In this document: piece by piece, positions 9,883 through 17,017 of the stretch
Numbering within the stretch: position 1 is the stretch's first letter
How the letters are laid out: the number at the start of each line of letters is the position of its first letter
Assembly: GCA_016699265.1 (NCBI GenBank)
Contig: CP064967.1
Coordinates: forward strand, 330,001-362,000
Length of the DNA stretch: 32,000 nucleotides
Reading direction: 5' to 3'
DNA from: Candidatus Saccharimonadota bacterium
GTDB taxonomy: Bacteria > Patescibacteriota > Microgenomatia > UBA1406 > GWC2-37-13
Notes under the pieces: model-generated
The model's input: only the letters and a program-made list of their open reading frames with translations
Databases searched by the model: none
Told to the model about the DNA's origin: nothing
Position numbers and translations under genes: made by a program

Positions 9883-10230
9883 ATGGATAAACGTCATGAA
9901 AAAAGATCTGAGCTTCTTCAGAAACTGTTTGTACTAGGCTTTGAAAGCACTCATGTTGATCCTGAGGTCAGAGACATTCAGGATAATTTGCAGAAAATCG
10001 ATGAGGCGATTAGAAAAAATGCAACACGCTACCCACTCGATAAATTGGCAAAGGTAGACTTGGCAGTACTAAGATTGGCTATTTACGAGCTGATAGTCGA
10101 GAAAAAAAATCCTCCGAAGGTGATTATCGACGAGGCGGTCACCTTAGCTCGTGAGTTTGGAAACGATAAGTCCTACTCTTTTGTAAACGGAGTTCTAGGA
10201 GCGGTACTTAAAAACATTAAGGAAAATTAA
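9883..10230 (+). CDS. nusB: Transcription antitermination factor NusB (short form).
   Basis: DLAVLRLAIYELIVEKKNPPKVIIDEAVTLAREFGNDKSYSFVNGVLGAV is the NusB core motif. Confidence 0.88.
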   Translation: MDKRHEKRSELLQKLFVLGFESTHVDPEVRDIQDNLQKIDEAIRKNATRYPLDKLAKVDLAVLRLAIYELIVEKKNPPKVIIDEAVTLAREFGNDKSYSFVNGVLGAVLKNIKEN

Positions 10231-10233
10231 TTT

Positions 10234-10935
10234 ATGCACAATCTAAACCTATTAGAAAAACAAATCGGCGTTTCGTTTAAAAATAAGAAACTTCTGGAGA
10301 ATGCGTTTATTCATAGGTCGTATCTGAACGAACATAAGTCCCACCCGCTACCCTCTAATGAGAAGCTGGAGTTTCTAGGTGACAGCGTGCTCTCTCTAAT
10401 TACCTCGATGTATCTTTATTCGCACTACCCCGCTCTACACGAAGGAGATTACACCGAAATTAAGTCGGCAATCGTAAAGACAGGTAGCTTAGCAGATGCG
10501 AGTCGTAAACTTGAGTTGGGCAAATACCTCTTTCTTTCAAGGGGTGAGGAGGCCGGACAAGGGAGAGAGAATACCAACATTCTCGCAGATTGTTTCGAAG
10601 CCCTTATTGCAGCAATCTTCATCGATCAAGGTTTTGATACTGCCTATGACTTTGTCGAGGCATACCTTTTTGGAGATCAGCTTGAAAGAATCGTAGACAA
10701 GAAGGAATATTTTGCAGCGAAAAGTAAGCTTCAGGAAGTTGTACAGGCCAAATATAAACAGACGCCTCTTTATAAAACTCTAAAAGAGGAGGGACCAGAG
10801 CACGACAGAACCTTTACTGTCTCGGTCTCTGTTCGAGACAAGGAAGTTGGAGTCGGAACGGGGAAGTCAAAAAAAGAATCAGAAGAGCGGGCAGCAACAA
10901 AAGCCTTAGAAAAGTTACGAGTTGAGAAGGCTTAA
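10234..10935 (+). CDS. rnc: Ribonuclease III.
   Basis: It carries the RNase III signature NEKLEFLGDSVLSL, and a C-terminal dsRBD (HDRTFTVSVSV...GKSKKESEERAA). Confidence 0.95.
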   Translation: MHNLNLLEKQIGVSFKNKKLLENAFIHRSYLNEHKSHPLPSNEKLEFLGDSVLSLITSMYLYSHYPALHEGDYTEIKSAIVKTGSLADASRKLELGKYLFLSRGEEAGQGRENTNILADCFEALIAAIFIDQGFDTAYDFVEAYLFGDQLERIVDKKEYFAAKSKLQEVVQAKYKQTPLYKTLKEEGPEHDRTFTVSVSVRDKEVGVGTGKSKKESEERAATKALEKLRVEKA

Positions 10936-11051
10936 GGTTTAGAGGGTTTGTTAAATAGTTGGTCGGTAGACTAGTTGACAGGTTTCTAACCCTCGAATTA
11001 ACTTTATAACTTTAAACTTTCCAAACTTCCTAAACTGTAGTATAATGTGGC

Positions 11052-11306
11052 ATGGCAGCAACAGTTAGACTCATGCGTCTTGGAAAAAAAGGTCACGCCA
11101 CTTACAGAATTGTGGTTGTTGATAAAAGAAAGCCAAGAAACAGCGCATATATTGAGGCGATTGGCACATACGATCCTCATCAGACCACAACTCCTGCTGT
11201 GCAGATTAAAAAGGAAAAACTCGCTTACTGGCAAGGACAAGGTGCAGAACTTTCAGATGGTTTTGCAAAGCTTCTTAAGGGAAAGACTAGAATCAACTTC
11301 GTATAA
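11052..11306 (+). CDS. rpsP: 30S ribosomal protein S16.
   Basis: MAATVRLMRLGKKGHATYRIVVVDKRKPRNSAYIEAIGTYDP matches the S16 N-terminus. TATAAT at 11041-11046 lies 5 nt upstream of the ATG. Confidence 0.95.
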   Translation: MAATVRLMRLGKKGHATYRIVVVDKRKPRNSAYIEAIGTYDPHQTTTPAVQIKKEKLAYWQGQGAELSDGFAKLLKGKTRINFV

Positions 11307-11340
11307 TCCCCATAAAACATCTTCATCAGTATTTATTTAA

Positions 11341-11400
11341 GAACTAAGAATTTAGAAATCAGAACTTAGAATTTAGAACTTAGAACTTAGAACTTAGAAC
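11341..11400. repeat. Heptanucleotide tandem array (AGAACTT)n, about 8.5 units. The last 5.7 units are near-perfect.
   Basis: 11361-11400 reads AGAACTT AGAATTT AGAACTT AGAACTT AGAACTT AGAAC. 11341-11360 holds degenerate units. The pilO stop codon (11394-11396) lies inside the array. Confidence 0.85.
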
Positions 11401-12083
11401 AGTGAGGTCTTTGTGGGATAGTCTGATGATACCGCAGGTTGCGCAGACGGGTCACTTACAATTGCGAATCTAACTTTTGCTCGAAGATCATCGAGTTCAT
11501 CTATTGAGGCCTGAAAGTCAAGATTCTCATCAGGATCGATAGTCGGCTTTTCATTATAAAAATTGAGGTCAAGATTTACGCCGCTTTGCTGAAGGGGATC
11601 AATTCCTATTTTTTCTGCTGTGATGAGTCTTCCTCCGGCATAATTATAGGTTTTTAGAAGCTCTAAAAATGAGTTCGTGTCCCCCACTCCTGTTACCGTT
11701 AATGATAGTTTGTTGCTGTCCGATTTGGTAAGGTTGACGGTGTAGTTATTTATGATAAATCCAGATGATAGCGATAGTTTTTCGAGTGCATAGATCATTG
11801 AAAAGTAGTCTTCAGAGTCTGGAATGAATTTTGAAATAATTTCAAGATCCTGATCGATTTCTTTTCCATTTTCGTTTATTACTGCTTGAAGAACTCTTTG
11901 CTTAGTCTGTAAAGCGCTCGTCTCGGCTCTTGCTTTGCCAAGATCGATCGATGTCTTATTTATTAACGAAATAAAAAAAGGAATTACAACCGCACCAATT
12001 AGCATCATGGCAGTAAATATCACAAAATAGACAAGATTTTGCTTGATCAAATACTGGAGATATGGTCTAATTTTGCGCTGCAT
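11394..12083 (-). CDS. pilO: PilO-like type IV pilus assembly protein (bitopic).
   Basis: It has one N-terminal TM helix, then a coiled-coil, then an alpha/beta domain. It sits after pilM and pilN and overlaps the pilN end by 17 nt. The call rests on context and architecture, not strong motifs. Confidence 0.6.
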   Translation of the reverse strand: MQRKIRPYLQYLIKQNLVYFVIFTAMMLIGAVVIPFFISLINKTSIDLGKARAETSALQTKQRVLQAVINENGKEIDQDLEIISKFIPDSEDYFSMIYALEKLSLSSGFIINNYTVNLTKSDSNKLSLTVTGVGDTNSFLELLKTYNYAGGRLITAEKIGIDPLQQSGVNLDLNFYNEKPTIDPDENLDFQASIDELDDLRAKVRFAIVSDPSAQPAVSSDYPTKTSLF

Positions 12084-12453
12084 TTATCGGTTTAAAAACT
12101 CCCTCAAATGATAACTCGTATGTAACTCCGGCTAATTCCCCACCTTTACCAATGAAGTCAATCATGTCAAGTTTCTCGAAGTTCTTGCCAAAAGCCCTTG
12201 ACTCAATAAACTGAAATGCACTAACCATCTCGTCAAAGTTATTAAACCTGAGTTTAAAGTTCATTGCTCGAGATTTGTCGATATTAAATTCCTGTAAGGT
12301 TGCAGATTGGCTGCTCGACCTTAATGTAGTGAGAAGTAATTCATAGTATGGAATAAACTTAGCATCATCCTTCATGAATTTGTGCAGAGAGTTTAGTTTT
12401 TTTGATAGTTTAATAAGCTTTACTTCGTCTGTCTGGCGTGAGGCTAGCTGCAA
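12067..12453 (-). CDS. pilN: PilN-like protein, C-terminal (extracytoplasmic) fragment. The frame is -1 relative to the N-terminal fragment.
   Basis: No credible independent start; the track start is a TTG inside the overlap. It continues the upstream ORF if one A is added to the A7 run at 12459-12465. Confidence 0.6.
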   Translation of the reverse strand: MQLASRQTDEVKLIKLSKKLNSLHKFMKDDAKFIPYYELLLTTLRSSSQSATLQEFNIDKSRAMNFKLRFNNFDEMVSAFQFIESRAFGKNFEKLDMIDFIGKGGELAGVTYELSFEGVFKPINAAQN

Positions 12454-12641
12454 TAGAATTTTTTTGTCTGATTGAGGTTATTTATCTGAATTGTCTGGAA
12501 AATCCTATAACTGGCTAAGCCAAGAACTATAAGAAAAGCACCAAACAGTAACCGATAAGAAATTTGCGAAAGAGCGAAGTAGTTTTCCAAACGATAGTAG
12601 TCCTGTTTACTTGTGAGAAGATTTATCCGAGTTTTTTTCAT
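12444..12641 (-). CDS. pilN: PilN-like protein, N-terminal fragment (PilM-binding INLL motif plus TM helix).
   Basis: MKKTRINLLTSKQ followed by a TM helix is the PilN N-terminus. The frame ends at a TAG 13 nt after an A7 run. Confidence 0.65.
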   Translation of the reverse strand: MKKTRINLLTSKQDYYRLENYFALSQISYRLLFGAFLIVLGLASYRIFQTIQINNLNQTKKFYCS

Positions 12642-12653
12642 GTCAGGAAAGCG

Positions 12654-13691
12654 TCAGGTTAAGTTACCACCAATAGTTGAGACGAAATAAGAAAGTTGCG
12701 ATCTAAAGAAATCGACCATACTATTTTTCTCAAAGTATGGATAAAGATCCAGATAGGATGCAGGCGCTCCAAAAGCCTTTCCGACGAGCTTGTCGAGTTC
12801 GAAGAATTTTTGAGCGTCTTGAAATAAATATATACCGCTCAGGCTGAGCCCATAGGTACTAGACAGCACCGCTATCGCTTTCTGAATCTCTGTAAGAAAG
12901 TCTTTTACTGCAGCAGCTAAAATAGAATCAAGAGAGTAGCTGGCATTTTTCGATACTCCGATTGCTTTAAGTAGTTCAGCTGCCTTATTCGAGTCGATAT
13001 TTAGATTTACCTGTATCTCCTTTACAAATAATGATAAACCGACATTGAAAAGATGGTTGTAGATGAGAATTCCGTTTGACTGATCAAAACCATATAGAGT
13101 GGTTGAGTTGACCCCAACATTGATGAGCAAAACGCATGACTTTTGATCTGTCTGAGGTCCGGTCTTTTTAAATAGTTGACCGGAGAGTCGAGCAATTGCA
13201 CTGATCTCGGTCTCGATTGTCTCAGGGACTAGACCAATAAACTCGACCATATTCTCGATTTTATTGACGAGTTTTTTAGGTGCGGCCGATATGAGCGTAG
13301 TGAGTTTGGCAGATTTTAGGTCTTCATGTACTACCTCTATATCAATGTTTGTATCCTCAAGAGGCATTGGAATGAACTGATCAGCCTGATACTTAATCGC
13401 TGATAAAAGCTCCTTTTCATTAAGTTTCGGCATCTCTACAAAACGACTAAACGTGTGAACATCCGGAAGAATGATATGAACTGTTTTCTTTTTAATTTTC
13501 AGTTGCTCTACAAGTTTTTTGATAGACTCACTTTGTTTTTGTACTGAGGTTTCGCTTTCACTTTTAAAAAATAACTCATCGGTCTCCACCATTCCTAAGG
13601 AGTCTGCGACAAACTTACCACCGGAGACATGGATATCAGCTACCCTCGTTAAGGACTCTCCGATATCTAACACGAAAAAATCTTTGGCCAT
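12654..13691 (-). CDS. pilM: Type IV pilus assembly ATPase-fold protein PilM.
   Basis: 345 aa with an actin/FtsA-like fold pattern (VLDIGESLTRV..., LINVGVNSTTL). It sits upstream of pilN. An AGGAG Shine-Dalgarno lies 4 nt before the ATG. Confidence 0.85.
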   Translation of the reverse strand: MAKDFFVLDIGESLTRVADIHVSGGKFVADSLGMVETDELFFKSESETSVQKQSESIKKLVEQLKIKKKTVHIILPDVHTFSRFVEMPKLNEKELLSAIKYQADQFIPMPLEDTNIDIEVVHEDLKSAKLTTLISAAPKKLVNKIENMVEFIGLVPETIETEISAIARLSGQLFKKTGPQTDQKSCVLLINVGVNSTTLYGFDQSNGILIYNHLFNVGLSLFVKEIQVNLNIDSNKAAELLKAIGVSKNASYSLDSILAAAVKDFLTEIQKAIAVLSSTYGLSLSGIYLFQDAQKFFELDKLVGKAFGAPASYLDLYPYFEKNSMVDFFRSQLSYFVSTIGGNLT

Positions 13692-13946
13692 ACTCCTACG
13701 CTAAAAATATATTTGTAACTATATTAGCTTCGGAAGTATTTCCTACAAAATATCTCTGTAGTATGTGTGCCTCGAAGCAAACTATCTTTCTTTTTGATTT
13801 GCGAAGTGGTGCCATACATTAAAACTATCAAATGAATACATCCCACGTCAAACCTAATTCATTTTATTGTAACTTGTAGCCTGAATTTTGTAGCTTTTTA
13901 AAGCATTTCCTTGAGTTTTGAGTTACAAGAACTGAGATTTAATAAT

Positions 13947-14519
13947 TTAGTGTCTTTTAAGCTTAATCAAGATTTTGTAGTTTAGCGATATGCTGTTATT
14001 GGGTTGAGTGACCATGTACGAAACATTCACGAGTGCCGGAGAGAAATCAGAGTCCTTGGTGCAGCCAATAACAAGATTGCTCACTGTAACAGTTGAGTTT
14101 GTAAGAGGCTCTGCGGCAGCCGAGGTTTTCTCGTATACGATGTTTGATCCACTAATACTGTAGCCAAAATAAGCGTTAACACCGGTAGAGCTGAGAAAAT
14201 ACATAGAGCTTCCAGATGAGCTAGTTGGAGAGGTATTGCAGATGGCAATTGGTGCGGCCAAATTATTTCCATAAGTACCAGTTGCGCTGTTTTTGATAGT
14301 TGTTTTCATGTGATTAAAGACTAGATCTCCCTGTCGCTTGACCTCCTGTAGTGCAATGATTCTGCTCTGTTGTTGTAGCAGAGAGTACATTAATCCAAAC
14401 AAAGCAGGTACTACAAAAACAATGATACTGAGCACTACTAAAAACTCGATAAGGGTGAATCCTTTAGCTCGAAACTTGTAGCTTGTAACTTGTAGTTTGT
14501 TTTGATTGTTTTCGTTCAT
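13947..14519 (-). CDS. Prepilin-type N-terminal cleavage/methylation protein (minor pilin/pseudopilin).
   Basis: Leader MNENNQNKLQVTSYKFRAKG|FTLIEFLVVLSIIVF. Confidence 0.8.
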   Translation of the reverse strand: MNENNQNKLQVTSYKFRAKGFTLIEFLVVLSIIVFVVPALFGLMYSLLQQQSRIIALQEVKRQGDLVFNHMKTTIKNSATGTYGNNLAAPIAICNTSPTSSSGSSMYFLSSTGVNAYFGYSISGSNIVYEKTSAAAEPLTNSTVTVSNLVIGCTKDSDFSPALVNVSYMVTQPNNSISLNYKILIKLKRH

Positions 14520-14541
14520 ATTATTATTAAGTTCTAAGATG

Positions 14542-15045
14542 CTACTCTATTTGTGCGAAAATAGTATTAACCGGTACGGATAGCGTATTTCCACCTACAT
14601 CTTTCCAAGATACGATTATGTTTGCAGATATGTTCCCAGCAACGCTTGTGAGAACGGCATCCCGATTAAAATGTCGATTAAAGTCGGTGCTCCCCAGTTG
14701 ATATGCAGTCGCCCCCGATACAGGGCAAACAGTATTTGTTGTGGATGCTAGATTGGTAAGTGTGCTGTTCAAGCACCAGCTACCAGTTCTCGTTGAAAAG
14801 GTAGTCCATCCGGTAGTTTCTTTTTCATTTCGGAGCCACTCAATAGCTTCTTCCGCATAATGAGTTGCATAGATTTTATTTTCATTTGTTCGCATCACCT
14901 GAAGAGAAAATGCCGATACCGCTGCGGCAACTACAAAAAAAACAGATACGATAGCAGTAAAAATTAAGATCTCGATAAGGGTAAAGCCCCTTACTCGCAG
15001 CTTAGAGCGCAGAGCGTAGAGCTTGTCAGTTTGTTTAATTTTCAT
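14542..15045 (-). CDS. Prepilin-type protein (minor pilin/pseudopilin).
   Basis: Leader MKIKQTDKLYALRSKLRVRG|FTLIEILIFTAIV. I use the ATG at 15045. The ORF-track start at 15123 would overlap the upstream gene by 64 nt. Confidence 0.8.
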   Translation of the reverse strand: MKIKQTDKLYALRSKLRVRGFTLIEILIFTAIVSVFFVVAAAVSAFSLQVMRTNENKIYATHYAEEAIEWLRNEKETTGWTTFSTRTGSWCLNSTLTNLASTTNTVCPVSGATAYQLGSTDFNRHFNRDAVLTSVAGNISANIIVSWKDVGGNTLSVPVNTIFAQIE

Positions 15046-15059
15046 AAAAGTTCTAAGTT

Positions 15060-15605
15060 TTAAGGACATACAACCGAGCTTGAGCTCATTAGTCCAACTG
15101 TTGAAATTACTATCTGCATACATTCATTTTTCGTAATATTCTTTAATCGAATTGTTTTTGAGCTATCGGGTGCACCGGTTAAGGAACTAAAGATTACATT
15201 TCCGGTATCAAGCAAGGAAACGTTTTTGTTTACAGGATCGAAGGAATATGCGATTTGGTCAAATGCTTCGGTCGGATTTACTCCATTAACTCTACTGCCG
15301 ACAGTTGAGTACAGCTGTGTAGTACTATTCCATGAAACTGTGAAGCTATTGAGACTACAGTTAGTGCATCCCACACCTAGATCTCCCGATATTGCTCTTT
15401 TCTGTGCGAGTGAGAATACTGACATCATTTTTTGTGTTTCATTCTTAAGCTTTGAGGACTCCGAAAAGGATGTGTATGATGCAATGGACACTGCGGTCAT
15501 AATACCTATAAGTCCGATTATAATGAGGAACTCGATGAGGGTAAAACCCTTTACTTGAAAATTAGAGCTTAGAGCGTAGAGCTTGTTTTTTCTTCTAAAA
15601 TTCAT
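15060..15605 (-). CDS. Prepilin-type protein (minor pilin/pseudopilin).
   Basis: Leader MNFRRKNKLYALSSNFQVKG|FTLIEFLIIIGLIGI. Confidence 0.8.
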   Translation of the reverse strand: MNFRRKNKLYALSSNFQVKGFTLIEFLIIIGLIGIMTAVSIASYTSFSESSKLKNETQKMMSVFSLAQKRAISGDLGVGCTNCSLNSFTVSWNSTTQLYSTVGSRVNGVNPTEAFDQIAYSFDPVNKNVSLLDTGNVIFSSLTGAPDSSKTIRLKNITKNECMQIVISTVGLMSSSSVVCP

Positions 15606-15606
15606 A

Positions 15607-15634
15607 TTTCTAAGTTCTAAGTTCTACGTTCTAA
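15607..15634. repeat. Heptanucleotide tandem array (GTTCTAA)4 between two prepilin genes.
   Basis: The plus strand reads TTTCTAA GTTCTAA GTTCTAC GTTCTAA. This is the same unit as 11361-11400 in the opposite orientation. Confidence 0.85.
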
Positions 15635-15642
15635 TTTTGACA

Positions 15643-16122
15643 TTACTTTGCTCCGAAAGGACCAAGACAGTAGTTACATACTGCAGCAGCAGGACCGCAA
15701 GTTGTGGTTGGGGTTGTTACACAACTGGAAGTGGATGTTAAGATGGCTCCGACAGTATAGTTCGTACAGTATGTGGGTCCAGCTATTGTGCAGCCTGCAG
15801 GAAGCGGAGTGTACTGGTAAGTATATCCACTTGCACTAAGAGGATCTGTAGGAAGTGTACTTATATATACAGTACCACTTGTCAGAGTTGACAAGAGAGC
15901 TGGGTATGAGCCGTTCACGCTTCTGTACTGCTCTAATGCAGATCGAATTTGCTCAAGGTCGATTTTACGTCTTGCATCCTGGCCTCTCTGTCTCGCTCCT
16001 ATAAAATTTGGAAGTAAAATCGTAATTAAGGTTCCCATTATCGCAATTACAACGAGCAACTCTATTAGGCTGAATCCCTTATTGCGAAACTTAGAACGCA
16101 TAGCATCGAATGTAATATTCAT
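15643..16122 (-). CDS. GspG-like type IV pilin, first gene of the pseudopilin-pilMNO operon.
   Basis: ...MRSKFRNKG|FSLIELLVVIAIMGTL and DARRKIDLEQIRSALEQYRSVNGSYP. An alternative start at the ATG at 16101 gives a 9 aa leader. A weak TTGACT-17-TAACTT promoter lies at 16141-16169. Confidence 0.85.
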   Translation of the reverse strand: MNITFDAMRSKFRNKGFSLIELLVVIAIMGTLITILLPNFIGARQRGQDARRKIDLEQIRSALEQYRSVNGSYPALLSTLTSGTVYISTLPTDPLSASGYTYQYTPLPAGCTIAGPTYCTNYTVGAILTSTSSCVTTPTTTCGPAAAVCNYCLGPFGAK

Positions 16123-16199
16123 ATATGTACCCTTAGATATAAGTTACATGTTTTTGGAAAGAGAGTCAAGTATGTAGCAGTTTGCAACAAATGAGAGTG

Positions 16200-16841
16200 C
16201 TAACGGTAGGAATTATAGATTGAGATAAGAGCTGAGTCGATCGTTGTTTGAGGATCGATGTGGTTGTGTTTCGTTAGATTTCTTTGTTCGACAACCATCC
16301 TTAAAATATGAGCTGCTTTTTTATCGGAACCCAATCGACCGCGATAGAGAGCTATTAATGAGTCGAAAAATACAAGTGAGTCATTTTTTCCAATCTGGTT
16401 TGCGATTTGAAACAAAGAAGGTAGCTTCCCTGATTCTAACAATTTTAAAAGAACCTCTAGTTTTGCACTAAGATCGGCTGTCTTATGAGCTCGAAGTTTT
16501 ATTAGGCGTGAACGAGAGAGGATTGTAGGTAATAAATTACTTGCTTGTACTACCGATAAAATAAAGTTAAGCTGTGGCTGATGTTCCTCGAGCGTCTTTA
16601 GAAAGGCGTTTTGAGCTTCTGCTGAGGCTGTGTCAAAATTAAGAATATGAAATAAACGAGGTTCTGTGGAGTGAAAATTAGTCTCGTTAATAATCTCTCT
16701 TACCTGCCTTATCGAAAGCTCCTTTGCTTCAGGTTCATAAATAAAGCAGTTATACGGCTTGATTTTTTGCTCAAGAATAAACTCCTCAATAAAATTATTT
16801 CGATCAACTTCGCTAGTAGTTTCTAAAATGATTGGAAGCAT
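16200..16841 (-). CDS. holB: DNA polymerase III delta-prime-like clamp-loader subunit, minimal form.
   Basis: AEAQNAFLKTLEEHQP...ILSV...LLPTILSRSRLIKL are the clamp-loader sensor motifs. I see no Walker A. I use the ATG at 16841, with TATAAT 6 nt upstream; the track start at 16859 is a TTG. Confidence 0.7.
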   Translation of the reverse strand: MLPIILETTSEVDRNNFIEEFILEQKIKPYNCFIYEPEAKELSIRQVREIINETNFHSTEPRLFHILNFDTASAEAQNAFLKTLEEHQPQLNFILSVVQASNLLPTILSRSRLIKLRAHKTADLSAKLEVLLKLLESGKLPSLFQIANQIGKNDSLVFFDSLIALYRGRLGSDKKAAHILRMVVEQRNLTKHNHIDPQTTIDSALISIYNSYR

Positions 16842-17017
16842 CGAGATATTATAGCTCAAACTTCAAAATTCATATTTCTAAGTTCAAAATTAAAATTTAA
16901 AACAACATTACCGTAATGATTAATATACAGTCGCCTTGAGTTAAGGCTTTAAATTTTTAGTTTTTAAACCTTGAGTATAGTTTGCAAAGTATCGCAAAAA
17001 CATAGTATATTAAATAT

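Noticed and set aside
11004-11340. ORFs 11004-11240 (minus strand) and 11047-11340 (plus strand, GTG start).
   Set aside because: They overlap rpsP in other frames or on the other strand. Only the 11052-11306 frame gives a recognisable S16.
15046-15123. The long version of the pseudopilin ORF, starting at 15123.
   Set aside because: It overlaps the upstream gene by 64 nt and would give a 46 aa leader. The ATG at 15045 gives a leader parallel to those of its neighbours.
11341-15634. The possibility that the short tandem repeats are a CRISPR array.
   Set aside because: The units are 7 nt and directly abutting, with no spacers. There are no cas genes in the window.
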